A DNA stretch of 64,000 nucleotides from Nitrospira sp. Its GTDB lineage: Bacteria; Nitrospirota; Nitrospiria; Nitrospirales; Nitrospiraceae. The position numbers were made by a program, and so were the translations under genes. The notes below the pieces were generated by a model. The model worked only from the letters and a program-made list of their open reading frames with translations. It did no database searches and was not told where the DNA came from. The stretch is from contig AP038806.1 in assembly GCA_047150005.1 (NCBI GenBank), positions 352,001-416,000 of the forward strand. The letters are read 5' to 3'. Of the stretch, positions 50,211-59,904 are shown in pieces; position 1 is the stretch's first letter; the number at the start of each line of letters is the position of its first letter.

Positions 50211-51089
50211 CTAAATGATGTCGGCGAAATTCCGTTCCATTCGTTTAAAAAATACCAGCCCGCCTGCGAAAAACAAGAGCACCACCACGACGCTGATGAG
50301 CATCACGGAGAAATCCGGATTCTCTTTGCCCAGCAGTCCCCAGCGGAATCCCTCGATTACCCCGACCATAGGATTCAGGCTATAGATCAGCCGCCAGGAC
50401 TCAGGAACCAGGCTCACAGGGTATACAACGGGCGATGCGAACATCCAAAACTGAGTCAGGAATGGAATCGTGTGACCGATGTCCCGGTAGCGCACATTGA
50501 GGGGGGCCAGCCAGAGCCCTACCGCCAGCGCCGTGACCATGGCCATGACGAGGAATAGCGGCAAGGCCAACAGTCCCCAGCTTGGCGTTACTCCAAACCA
50601 GCCGATCAATCCAAGGAGAAGCAAGAATGCAAACAGGAAATCCACGGCGGGCGTGATCACATCCGATAGAGGAATGATCAAGCGGGGGAAGTACACCTTC
50701 GTAATCAAGTGGGCATTGTTCACAAGGCCGGTCCCGCTCCGCGACAGGGCCTGGCTGAAGTAGGTCCACGGCAACAGACCGGTGTAGGCAAACACCGCGT
50801 AGGGCAAACCGTCTGAAGGAATCTTCGCCAATCTTCCGAAGACTATCGTAAATATTACCATGGTCATGGCCGGCTGAAAGATCGCCCAGCCTGCCCCGAT
50901 GAGCGTCTGCTTATAGCGCACTTTGAGGTCGCGCCAGACGAAAAAATACAACAGCTCGCGGTATTCCCACAATTCCGCGAAATCAAGATTGACAAGCCCG
51001 CGTTGTGGACGGATTTCGACCGTCCACGGTCCCATACCATCCACGGTCGTGTCCATCGCGTCAGGGACTTTCGTTTGGCTGAGGATCAC
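50211..51089 (-). CDS. wzm: Polysaccharide ABC transporter permease
   Basis: RDLKVRYKQT, KVYFPR, LNVRYRD, LNPMVGVIEGFR, ERNFADII. Confidence 0.95.
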   Translation of the reverse strand: MILSQTKVPDAMDTTVDGMGPWTVEIRPQRGLVNLDFAELWEYRELLYFFVWRDLKVRYKQTLIGAGWAIFQPAMTMVIFTIVFGRLAKIPSDGLPYAVFAYTGLLPWTYFSQALSRSGTGLVNNAHLITKVYFPRLIIPLSDVITPAVDFLFAFLLLLGLIGWFGVTPSWGLLALPLFLVMAMVTALAVGLWLAPLNVRYRDIGHTIPFLTQFWMFASPVVYPVSLVPESWRLIYSLNPMVGVIEGFRWGLLGKENPDFSVMLISVVVVLLFFAGGLVFFKRMERNFADII

Positions 51090-51351
51090 TTCGGCCGCCC
51101 TCTCTTGGATTCATCGCGCATAGTCATGCGCATCCAGATGACCTTTCTCCGCTCGTCAAGACGAGTATTGTTCACGCGTTCGTTTTAGGAGACTATGCAG
51201 AGCCTAGCTTCTAGCGAATCAGAAGCCGACTGGCCTGCAGATGTGTGCTGGAGGCCGGATTGATCGGCGGAATATTCAAACTGTGCCTCAAGATCGGCCG
51301 CAGTCTACATTATTAGGAAAGATCGTTCATTCATCTCATCGTTCCCAAAAC

Positions 51352-52269
51352 TTACGCCCCTTGTGGAACCTCACACGAGGGATGGGCCGGCAATGACGCG
51401 ATATGTTCGCGGCATATTTCGGCGACAGGCTTGATGGCCTCGCATATTGGGGCAAAGCGGAAATCCCTGAGAAGTCGAATCAGCCGCCCCTCTGTCTTAT
51501 CAAGATTGACGTAATGGCGGAATCGTGACAACAGCGGCCCCTCCATTCTCGGCTGGGTGGCATCAAATTCCCACGGATGCAGATACATGACCAGCGGCTG
51601 TCCCATTTGCTCGATTCGTCTCAAGCAATTTTTCAAGATCCCGTATGGAAACAGCCGGAAATATCCTCCTCCTGCGACCGGGACCCTCAATCCGAGCATG
51701 CTGATCGTCGACGGAGGAACCTCCCACAAAGGTCCGACAGCCGTCTCTAGCTCATGACACACAGGTTGTGCCTCGGGCATTCCATATCTATCGTGCACGA
51801 TTGGGAACACACTTGAATCGTAGACATATCCCTCTTCTACCAGAATGGGTAACGCCCATACCGTACTCCTGGTAATTGAAAAGCTCGGGGCCCGATAGCC
51901 ATAGATGCGCCGGCCCAAGATATCCTCCAGAATGATCTTAGCCTTGCGGATGTCATCCCGAAAGGCTGCAGGAGTCTGAGACGTAATCAATTCGTGACCA
52001 TAACCATGGGATGCCACTTCATGTCCTGCGGCGGAAATGCTTCTGACAAGTACCGGATAACGCTCCGCCACCCACCCCAACACGAAAAAGGTCGCGCGAA
52101 CCTGCTGACTCGCAAGCAGTTCAAGGATCTTGTCCGTATTTTTGCGAACGCGACTTTCGCACTGTCCCCATTGGTTCCGTCTGGCCTGAGATTCAAAAGC
52201 CGAAACCTGGAAGTGCTCTTCCACATCGAACGAGAGACAATGCACGAGATTTCTCTCTGAGACATTCAT
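51352..52269 (-). CDS. XrtA/PEP-CTERM-system polysaccharide deacetylase (DUF3473 type)
   Basis: SFDVEEHFQV, ATFFVLGWVAE, GYRAPSFS, YDSS, AGGGYFRL, YLHPWE. Confidence 0.92.
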   Translation of the reverse strand: MNVSERNLVHCLSFDVEEHFQVSAFESQARRNQWGQCESRVRKNTDKILELLASQQVRATFFVLGWVAERYPVLVRSISAAGHEVASHGYGHELITSQTPAAFRDDIRKAKIILEDILGRRIYGYRAPSFSITRSTVWALPILVEEGYVYDSSVFPIVHDRYGMPEAQPVCHELETAVGPLWEVPPSTISMLGLRVPVAGGGYFRLFPYGILKNCLRRIEQMGQPLVMYLHPWEFDATQPRMEGPLLSRFRHYVNLDKTEGRLIRLLRDFRFAPICEAIKPVAEICREHIASLPAHPSCEVPQGA

Positions 52270-53333
52270 CGAGCACCTTCGCCCAGTAGGATGACTCGTA
52301 CCGTCTCAAGCAGGATGCGCATATCCAATCGTATCGACAGGTGCTTGACATAGTAGAGATCATATTGCAATTTCACGTGCGAATCCTCCACCGAGGCGCC
52401 GTATCTGAACTGGGTCTGGGCCCAACCCGTGATGCCGGGCCTGACGGCATGCCGAATATCATAGTAGGGAATCACCGCCCTGAGTTCCTGGACAAAAACA
52501 GGGCGCTCGGGTCGGGGACCGACAAGGCTCATCTCGCCTTTCAGCACATTGATGAGCTGCGGAATCTCGTCAAACCTCCATTTCCTTAAATACCGGCCAA
52601 CCCGTGACACGCGAGGATCCTTTTCGGTCGTCCATCTGGCGCCGCCCTTCTCGGCGTCGAGAAACATCGAGCGAAACTTCCAAATCATATACGGCTGCGC
52701 CCGCAATCCTACCCTCACTTGCCGATAAAAGACCGGGCCGGGAGAATCCAGTCGGATCACTGCCCCAATCAACACCACAACAGGAAAAAGCACTGTGAGC
52801 CCGACGAATGAGACGCAAATGTCGAGGAGTCGTTTGACGGTCTTAACAACGAACCCGGCTCGAAATCCGGTGGAGAAGATGATGGCGCTCGGCTTCAGCT
52901 CGTCGATCGGAATCCGACCTGATTCCTCTTCATAGAGATGATGCCCGTCGAACACATCGATCCCCATCCCCTTCAAATCCAGCAGCTCCTTCAAAGGCAG
53001 AACTGCTCTCCGATCTTCGAGACACACAGCGATAGTGTCGACACGATGGCGCTCGACTACGTCGGTTAGCTGTTCCATCGTCCCGACCACGTCTCTTTGG
53101 CCATCAACCATCTGTCCGTTGTCTTTGGCAAGCATTCCCACGACATCGGTGAACATCTTTCGTCGCGAAAGCAGGATCTGCGACAAGCCTTTGGCCAAAT
53201 GTCCTGTGCCAAGAATTAGAATTCGGCGCTTCGCTCCCGGGACGCGAAAAATGGCCTTCGGGGCTCGTTCCTCGATGAGCACCTGAGCCCTTTGCGACGC
53301 CGATCTATCTGAGCTGCTTACGATTAGGCTCAT
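52266..53333 (-). CDS. Priming sugar-phosphate transferase (PEP-CTERM/XrtA system type)
   Basis: [51 protein letters not shown]. Confidence 0.93.
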   Translation of the reverse strand: MSLIVSSSDRSASQRAQVLIEERAPKAIFRVPGAKRRILILGTGHLAKGLSQILLSRRKMFTDVVGMLAKDNGQMVDGQRDVVGTMEQLTDVVERHRVDTIAVCLEDRRAVLPLKELLDLKGMGIDVFDGHHLYEEESGRIPIDELKPSAIIFSTGFRAGFVVKTVKRLLDICVSFVGLTVLFPVVVLIGAVIRLDSPGPVFYRQVRVGLRAQPYMIWKFRSMFLDAEKGGARWTTEKDPRVSRVGRYLRKWRFDEIPQLINVLKGEMSLVGPRPERPVFVQELRAVIPYYDIRHAVRPGITGWAQTQFRYGASVEDSHVKLQYDLYYVKHLSIRLDMRILLETVRVILLGEGAR

Positions 53334-55575
53334 ACACCCTGCTACTATAGTTATAGTAAGAGTATGTCGTATCCTGCGCCTCGACGCCGTTCAAGACAAT
53401 GGCAATAGCCCTCTCCTGCCCGATCATCTTGATGGCATTACTCACCACGTCACGAGCGGTGGCTCGTGCCCTAACGACATGAGCGACTACATCTGCGGAC
53501 CGGACTATGAGCATGGCTTCTGCGACAGGAAGCAGCGGCGGAGAGTCCACAACGACATAATCGAACCGCTCTCTCAGACTGGCAATGAGCTCCGAGAGTC
53601 GATCAGCATGGGTAAGTGCGGCAGTTCCAGACTGTTCAATTCCGGCTGGTAGGATCCAGATTCCTAACTGCTCATGGTATTCTAAGCACTCTTCCAATGT
53701 CTTGTGTCCAAGCAATACTTCAGCTACTCCGGCTGCCAGCTCCAACCCCGCATAGGCGTGCACCATCGGCCTTTTCAGGTCACAATCAAGGAGCACGGTC
53801 TTTCTATTCAGGTCTCTTGAGAGCACGTGGGCCAGATTCAAAGCAGTGGAGGTTTTCCCTTCTCCCATCAACGCGCTGGAGACACACACGACAGAACTCT
53901 TCATCTTGTCCACCATCAGGCCGAGTCGGGTGGCGGCGACACGATACTGTTCCGCCACGGCCGACCTGGGATACCACATCGCAACCAACTCCGGGCAGAC
54001 GGTGACTTGGCTGAGACCGTTCACAACGGAGTCGTCCCTGCTTAAGCCGGGCAGTGATAACAATCTTGGCTTGCTCGCAGCCTGCTCCACCGCCCTGGCG
54101 GATCCTGGCCAGGCGGACTCGAATTGAAAAATCGCGGCGAGGACGGGAAGTCCGAGGGTAATTTCAATTTCTTCAGCCGACACGAATCCTCTCCGCAACA
54201 GTTCCATGCCGAATGCGGAGCCAAAACCCAGCGCGCAGCCGGCCGCCAAGCCCCCGAACATGATCATGTAGATGTTCGGCTTCTCGGGAAGGTTAGGCAC
54301 ACCGGCCTGCTGAATGATCCTCAGTTTCGTTCCCTGGCGCTTCTCCTCGAGATCGCCCGCCATCCCTATCGTGAGTTTTTTCTCCAACAGCGACTGATAG
54401 TTCTTTTGAAGATTGTCATAATCACGTTGGATCGACATCAGCTCCTGCTGGTGCAGGGTGGTGCCTTCTATCCTGGCCTCATACTTCCTGATCTCCGCCT
54501 TGATGCGCGATTGCCGCAGGCCAATCATCTCCAGCTCCCTCAGCACTTCTTCACGTTGCTTCGTCAACTCCGCCTTGTACGGGTCGAGAGCCTTTCGTTT
54601 CCGTTTCCCTCCTTCATCAACTTCGACGGGCTCCTGCTCCACATAGAGCGCAATGTAGTCCTCCGTGGTCATTGCCTGAAGTTTCTTGATCTCATTGCGC
54701 ACGACGGCTACGTCGGGATAGGACTCTTTGTAGACAGAATGCAATGTCGCTAGATTGCGTTCGAGGGCTTTTATCTTTGCCAATCGGGGATCTTTTGCCG
54801 CGCGTTTCTGGCCCGCGTCACTCGTCGGGTCTTCATACTCTCTGATCGCCTTATCAACGGATTCCAGACGGAGGTTGATCGACTTCTCCACCTCCTGCTG
54901 CGAGGCCAACTCGGTCTCCAGCCGATCGATCGCGTGCACGTTGGAATTGAGTTGATCTGGCAACTGTCCGAGGTGGGACTGTTTGAACTGGGCGAGCGCC
55001 TGTTCTTTGACTTCCAGCTGCTTTTTCAAGAGATCCAACTCGTGCTGCAGAAACTCGGAGGAACTTTGAGCAATCACAGCGCGGCTTTCCGTATGCTCCT
55101 TTACAAAAAGGTCCGCCAAGCGGGCTATGACGTCTCTGGCCATCTCGGGGCTGGAATCGGCGAAAGAAACCCTGACGAAGGGCGCCTCCCTCCCATCGAA
55201 CTTGACCTGTACGCGCATTCTCGTCGCCACAAAGTCATCCGTCTCCGGAGTCGATCCCTCCTTTTCATATCCATACAAATGGAATTCTTGAGCGACTTGC
55301 GTTAAGAGTTCCCGTTTATAGAGCCATTCGCTCATGCCCGCTATTCGATTCGCCATCACCAACTCCGGTTTGTCGGTGGGATCATCGACTCCCTGGACGT
55401 AACGGACCTTTTGTCCTTCAAACTGCACCAGCACGCTCGACCGGTAACTTTTCGGCAACCATTCGTACAGCCCCCAGGCAAGACCGGTGCACACCAGGAT
55501 CGCCAGGAGAATCATCCATTTATGCTTTACGACGACTTTAAGATAGTCTTCAGGGGTATTCAGGCCTGTGTACAC
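53305..55575 (-). CDS. wzc: Polysaccharide co-polymerase fused to BY-kinase
   Basis: Two TM helices flanking a coiled-coil, Walker A MGEGKTS, DCDLKRP, VVVDSPP, Tyr cluster YSYYNY..VY. Confidence 0.92.
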   Translation of the reverse strand: MYTGLNTPEDYLKVVVKHKWMILLAILVCTGLAWGLYEWLPKSYRSSVLVQFEGQKVRYVQGVDDPTDKPELVMANRIAGMSEWLYKRELLTQVAQEFHLYGYEKEGSTPETDDFVATRMRVQVKFDGREAPFVRVSFADSSPEMARDVIARLADLFVKEHTESRAVIAQSSSEFLQHELDLLKKQLEVKEQALAQFKQSHLGQLPDQLNSNVHAIDRLETELASQQEVEKSINLRLESVDKAIREYEDPTSDAGQKRAAKDPRLAKIKALERNLATLHSVYKESYPDVAVVRNEIKKLQAMTTEDYIALYVEQEPVEVDEGGKRKRKALDPYKAELTKQREEVLRELEMIGLRQSRIKAEIRKYEARIEGTTLHQQELMSIQRDYDNLQKNYQSLLEKKLTIGMAGDLEEKRQGTKLRIIQQAGVPNLPEKPNIYMIMFGGLAAGCALGFGSAFGMELLRRGFVSAEEIEITLGLPVLAAIFQFESAWPGSARAVEQAASKPRLLSLPGLSRDDSVVNGLSQVTVCPELVAMWYPRSAVAEQYRVAATRLGLMVDKMKSSVVCVSSALMGEGKTSTALNLAHVLSRDLNRKTVLLDCDLKRPMVHAYAGLELAAGVAEVLLGHKTLEECLEYHEQLGIWILPAGIEQSGTAALTHADRLSELIASLRERFDYVVVDSPPLLPVAEAMLIVRSADVVAHVVRARATARDVVSNAIKMIGQERAIAIVLNGVEAQDTTYSYYNYSSRVYEPNRKQLR

Positions 55576-55598
55576 GTCTTAACGGTGCTCCTGTTCTA

Positions 55599-57161
55599 CT
55601 ACTTTCCAGGGTCAAGCAGGGACCCGTCGCCGGATGGAATTTCCCCAGGTTCCACATCTGAAGGAGTCGCACCTTCAGCGGGAGCGGTCGCTCCAAACGA
55701 CCCTAGTCCACCCATCCGGAAGAACGATTGATTTGTGAATGCGTAGGAGAGCGTCAATATCACCATTTTCTTCGAAAATGCGTATTGGTCTTCGATTCCG
55801 CTCGGTTGCTCATTAATGTTTGAGAAGTACATCCACCGGTAGGTCAGATTGGCTAACACTGGTCCGATAAGATAGCTGGCTCCGACGCTCGCATTGACCG
55901 AATCGAACGTCGATTGGGGATTACTGGTTGAACCATGGGAATAATTGAGACCCAGTTGACCCGAGAGTTTCGAGGTAATGCCACCGGTGATATTTGCACC
56001 GACAATTTGCGTTTTCATCGGACCTGATCCGATCACATAACTTGGATACACATTGTAGTTGTAACTCAGCCTGGTGCCAAACTGACCGGGCGGCATGATC
56101 CCACCAGGCATCAAGGTTCCTTCTAAGGCAGGCAAGCCTTCGAATGGCCCTGGGGCAACCGTGCCCGCCGCTCTGAGACTTTCCGAAAATGTTACGTAAT
56201 TCAGATTGGCGGAGATGGAGGGGGCTACCTGAGTCTTGACTCTCTGCCCAGGCGATGTTGAATTATCTATGGGCAAGGTCATTACTCCTCCCCCCATCAA
56301 TGTTGTGATCAGCTTCGGAGTCCACTTTCGTTCCCAGTTGAGCGTCCCGTTGAAAGTTGTGAAAGAACTCGACCCACCTCCACCGTTGGATCCTTCTTGC
56401 CCGAAATGAGACATCATCGCAGTGGTTCCCACGGTGTCCCTGAGCGACAGTTGGTTTGCAATGGTCATGTTCACTTGATGGCCATCCGTATCAAATAGCT
56501 GATTCTCCACCCCTCCAGACTGGCCTCCAAACATAACCTTGGAGTAGTTATAGCTTCCAGTCACAATCGTGGTACGTGTCAGCTGATAGCCTGTGGTTAT
56601 CCCGAGATTCATGCTGTGGGTGTACACTCGGTTAGTCACCAGGCCGGTATTCAGGGGAGAGGTTATGATCGTTGCTCCAGCTCCGGCCCCGATGCCAGTC
56701 CCCTGGGCTCCAAAGGCTGTCATCGATGGGGTGTATTGATACGTGCCAAATAGACCTAAGGAAATGATGCGCTGGGAAATTCTGTCCGCATAGTTTTTGA
56801 GATCAAGCCGCCCTGTAGCATTGAACCCCGTGTAGTTAAGATCGCTGTTGTGGGCGTACATTGAAACCAGGCCCCCGACCGAGAAACTACCTCGCACACG
56901 CGAGCCTAAATGCGCCACGTTGATCTGAGGAGTGATTTGCGTGATGAAATCCTCAGGTTGAGTACCGGGCTCCAATAATGATTTAGGTGTAAAAAAAACG
57001 TTTGAATCATACGTCTCTGTGACCGACACAATCGGGATAATACGCGTCTGCGCAAACGCATCGATGCTCATAGACCAACCGAGGGTAGCGACTAGTATGA
57101 TGAAGGTGACGACACCCCATTGTCCACTTAGGCCGGAATCAGGGTACAACAATGACGTCAC
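55599..57161 (-). CDS. Putative outer-membrane beta-barrel for polysaccharide export
   Basis: Signal peptide (DAFA-Q), ETYDSNV...EDFITQITP start, alternating Gly/aromatic strands, LSYAF followed by an acidic tail; lies between the OPX genes and wzc. Confidence 0.7.
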   Translation of the reverse strand: MTSLLYPDSGLSGQWGVVTFIILVATLGWSMSIDAFAQTRIIPIVSVTETYDSNVFFTPKSLLEPGTQPEDFITQITPQINVAHLGSRVRGSFSVGGLVSMYAHNSDLNYTGFNATGRLDLKNYADRISQRIISLGLFGTYQYTPSMTAFGAQGTGIGAGAGATIITSPLNTGLVTNRVYTHSMNLGITTGYQLTRTTIVTGSYNYSKVMFGGQSGGVENQLFDTDGHQVNMTIANQLSLRDTVGTTAMMSHFGQEGSNGGGGSSSFTTFNGTLNWERKWTPKLITTLMGGGVMTLPIDNSTSPGQRVKTQVAPSISANLNYVTFSESLRAAGTVAPGPFEGLPALEGTLMPGGIMPPGQFGTRLSYNYNVYPSYVIGSGPMKTQIVGANITGGITSKLSGQLGLNYSHGSTSNPQSTFDSVNASVGASYLIGPVLANLTYRWMYFSNINEQPSGIEDQYAFSKKMVILTLSYAFTNQSFFRMGGLGSFGATAPAEGATPSDVEPGEIPSGDGSLLDPGK

Positions 57162-57780
57162 CAGCCTTCAGAACGATATTTGCCTCCAGGTTTCTTCCTT
57201 GGAGAATATCTTGGTAGGGAACCGGAATCATAACCTGCTTTGTTTCCCCCTGTCCGTTCTTGACCATTCTGAGAACATGTACATTATTTCTTGACGCGAA
57301 GGTAGTGAACCCTCCGGCGTAAGAGATTCCTTGGAGCACGCTCGCAAAAGACTTCAGCACGTACTTTCCCGGCTTAGCGACTTCACCGACTACGAACACA
57401 TGGTAGCTATTGATCTCTTTAACCTGCACTGACACTGTCGGGGTCGACATGTATTCTGCTAGTTTGTCCGCGACCTGCTTCGACAGGTCCTGCGCGGTAA
57501 GACCAGCCGCCGTAATATCGCCGATTAGCGGGAGAGAAATCTTTCCATCTGGCCTGACAATAACATCTTTGGAGAGATCCTGATTTCTCCAGACAGTAAC
57601 GACTAATACATCTTCAGGCCCAATGAGGAATTCGGTGGGGGGCACGGAGGAACCGCGGTACTGCATGTCGTGAGACTGACAGCCCACCAAAGAATACTGC
57701 AACAACAGTACCAGGAGGGACGCAATAAGACGTCCGTTCCTCTCGTATCCACTAGTGAGAATTCTCTTCGCTAGGCCCAT
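57139..57780 (-). CDS. wza: Polysaccharide export OPX protein (short, lipoprotein)
   Basis: Lipobox LVGC; IGPEDVL, VRPDGKISLPLIG (PES motif), SLBB domain, ends GDVIVVP. Confidence 0.9.
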   Translation of the reverse strand: MGLAKRILTSGYERNGRLIASLLVLLLQYSLVGCQSHDMQYRGSSVPPTEFLIGPEDVLVVTVWRNQDLSKDVIVRPDGKISLPLIGDITAAGLTAQDLSKQVADKLAEYMSTPTVSVQVKEINSYHVFVVGEVAKPGKYVLKSFASVLQGISYAGGFTTFASRNNVHVLRMVKNGQGETKQVMIPVPYQDILQGRNLEANIVLKAGDVIVVP

Positions 57781-57844
57781 GTTGGCTCCATGAGACCGGA
57801 ATTTCTACAACTAAGTCTCGCCGTCCGCGCCATCGGTTCAACTT

Positions 57845-58525
57845 CTAGCGACTGGGGAGCACTACCATCGTCTCAGATGGGACAACGATCTGATCACCAG
57901 GCTTCAATTCGATGTTCTGACTCGATCCATCTCGCACGACGATGTCGTCATAGCTAGCCTTGAGCTTGGTCTGTCCTTCGCCATCCTTAGTAAACCGGAA
58001 CACGACGATTTTGTTACGAGCCGCCATGGGCGTGAACCCTCCAGCGACAGTAATGCCTTGAAGCAAGGTGGTCTTACTCTTCAGCGGATACTTTCCCGGC
58101 TTGTTGACTTCTCCCAGCACATAAATGTTGTAACTCTGTACGTCCTTGATCATGATGGAAATTGTGGGGTTTTCCATATAGGCCCTGAGCCCTGCCGAGA
58201 TCTCCTCGGTCAATTGAGTGGGTGTTTTTGCAACCGCAGAGATATCGCCCAGAAGAGGGAGTGAGATTCTTCCATCAGGCCTCACCTGAACTTGCTTAGA
58301 GAGATCTGCATTTTTCCAGACGGTGATCTCCAAAACGTCTTCAGGCCCTATAATATATTCCGGTGTGACTATTAGGAGTGATTTTTCAGCAGCACCTGGT
58401 GCTACCGCCTTTGAAACAGGTGCGACATGCTTCTTCGGATCAAGGTCCTGTGCCGAAGCGACAGATACACAAATCAGCTTAATTAGTAGCACCCCACACA
58501 GTCCAAATACGTTTAGTTTCCGCAT
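57845..58525 (-). CDS. wza: Polysaccharide export OPX protein (short, signal peptide I)
   Basis: ASA-QD cleavage site; YIIGPEDVL, VRPDGRISLPLLG, VLGEVNKPG, GDQIVVP. Confidence 0.9.
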   Translation of the reverse strand: MRKLNVFGLCGVLLIKLICVSVASAQDLDPKKHVAPVSKAVAPGAAEKSLLIVTPEYIIGPEDVLEITVWKNADLSKQVQVRPDGRISLPLLGDISAVAKTPTQLTEEISAGLRAYMENPTISIMIKDVQSYNIYVLGEVNKPGKYPLKSKTTLLQGITVAGGFTPMAARNKIVVFRFTKDGEGQTKLKASYDDIVVRDGSSQNIELKPGDQIVVPSETMVVLPSR

Positions 58526-58564
58526 ATCAATGACCTCATAGCAATATTATTGTCATGGTCAAGG

Positions 58565-58576
58565 CAGGCTACCGCC
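58565..58576 (-). promoter_or_regulatory. ops element (RfaH recruitment site)
   Basis: Minus strand reads GGCGGTAGCCTG, matching the consensus GGCGGTAGnnTG; about 40 nt upstream of the first wza and just downstream of the RfaH-like gene. Confidence 0.8.
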
Positions 58577-58639
58577 CATTGAGGATACACCTCTACAAGT
58601 CTCAACCAACCCAAGAGCAGACCTACCCCAGCACTATAC

Positions 58640-59143
58640 TTATACAGCTTCAGGGAATTTTTCGATATCTGAAAGCTGCACAATCGCCCGGCTTTGATAG
58701 AGAAGAGTCCGCAGGAGCACAATGACTCGTTCCTTCCTCGGTAAAGAGGAGTCAAATACAGCCTTTATTCCGGCCAAGGGACCGTGATTGATCTTAACGA
58801 CTTCGCCAGGCTTGAAACTAGGCAAATGAATCGTGTCCTGCTGTTCCAGCCGAACCTTGATTTCCTCCAGTAGGGTTGGTTCGATTTCTGCTGGGAGGTG
58901 TCCAAACATCACTATTCTTCGAACTCCTCGACAATAGGATACCATCCGATATTGTCTGTCATAATCAAATCTTGCAAAAAAATAGCCAGGGAACAATCCT
59001 GATGGTCGAAAATGTCTCTTACCTCGAATGTAAAAAATCTCCCGGATCTCTGGATAGTAGGTAGCAATTCCTACTTGCTGCAGGACTGAAGCGGTTGAAT
59101 ACTCCTGCTTTGGTTTCGCCATTATGGCGTACCACTTCTCCAT
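58640..59143 (-). CDS. rfaH: RfaH-like NusG-paralog antiterminator
   Basis: WYAIMAKPKQE, LFPGYFF, RGVRRIVMFG, KOW FKPGEVVKINHGPLAG, ERVIVLL. Confidence 0.85.
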   Translation of the reverse strand: MEKWYAIMAKPKQEYSTASVLQQVGIATYYPEIREIFYIRGKRHFRPSGLFPGYFFARFDYDRQYRMVSYCRGVRRIVMFGHLPAEIEPTLLEEIKVRLEQQDTIHLPSFKPGEVVKINHGPLAGIKAVFDSSLPRKERVIVLLRTLLYQSRAIVQLSDIEKFPEAV

Positions 59144-59191
59144 TTTCTCTATTCCAGCCCCCTACTCCCGCAACAACTAAGTGATTTCCGG

Positions 59192-59557
59192 TCAAAACAT
59201 AAACTTCAGCCCAACAAAATATGGGCCAAACCCGTTGGAGCGGCTAAACGGCAATTTTCTGGTCCAACGCACTTCAGCCAGGGTGGGAGTTTCTGCAACA
59301 GCCGTTGGTGTCGGGACGTATACTTTCAATACTTGCTCAATGGCTGGAGCCTGATCCATTAAGATAAGCATTCCGCCGCTGCTTATATTGACCGATAGTG
59401 CCCTCCCTTGGCGGGTTGAGCCAGCTAGATCTTCAGCTGGAGCCGTAATTTCATACGGAATTGGCCTCAATAACGCAACTCGTTCGTTATGTTTCTGAAA
59501 ATCTGCGGTGATTGGCCATTCCCACTCGTTCTGTGCCACGTCCCCCCCTTTCATCAC
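59192..59557 (-). CDS. PilZ domain protein
   Basis: NISSGGM motif, AEVRW, VGLKF; the RxxxR motif is degenerate. Confidence 0.8.
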   Translation of the reverse strand: MMKGGDVAQNEWEWPITADFQKHNERVALLRPIPYEITAPAEDLAGSTRQGRALSVNISSGGMLILMDQAPAIEQVLKVYVPTPTAVAETPTLAEVRWTRKLPFSRSNGFGPYFVGLKFMF

Positions 59558-59904
59558 CTAATCCTAAGCCATTGTTCCGTCAACATTTTCTCGGTTTGCC
59601 TTGATGGATATCTGTCGCATCAGCGGCATTGTTCCTGTCCATCTTTCATGTGAACGTGCACAATGGGGCAGGAAAACAGGAACTCAACGGACGATGACGG
59701 GAGTATAGAAACGGATAGAGAAACGGACAATACCGAACAGGTATGCCACTATTCTCTAAAGTGGGTGTTGACTCCCCCAAAAGGGTTAGGTAAAGTTTCC
59801 GTATCATCACGGTGGTGGAATTAAGATTGTTTACGTAGATTAACAGAAATCATCCGATTGTCTAGCATTGGTGTTATACCCGTTCTAGAAAGTTTCCTCG
59901 GAGC

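Noticed and set aside
59734..59748. Sigma54-like promoter TGGCATACCTGTTCG on the minus strand
   Set aside because: The -24 GG is present but the -12 position reads CG instead of GC; too weak to call.
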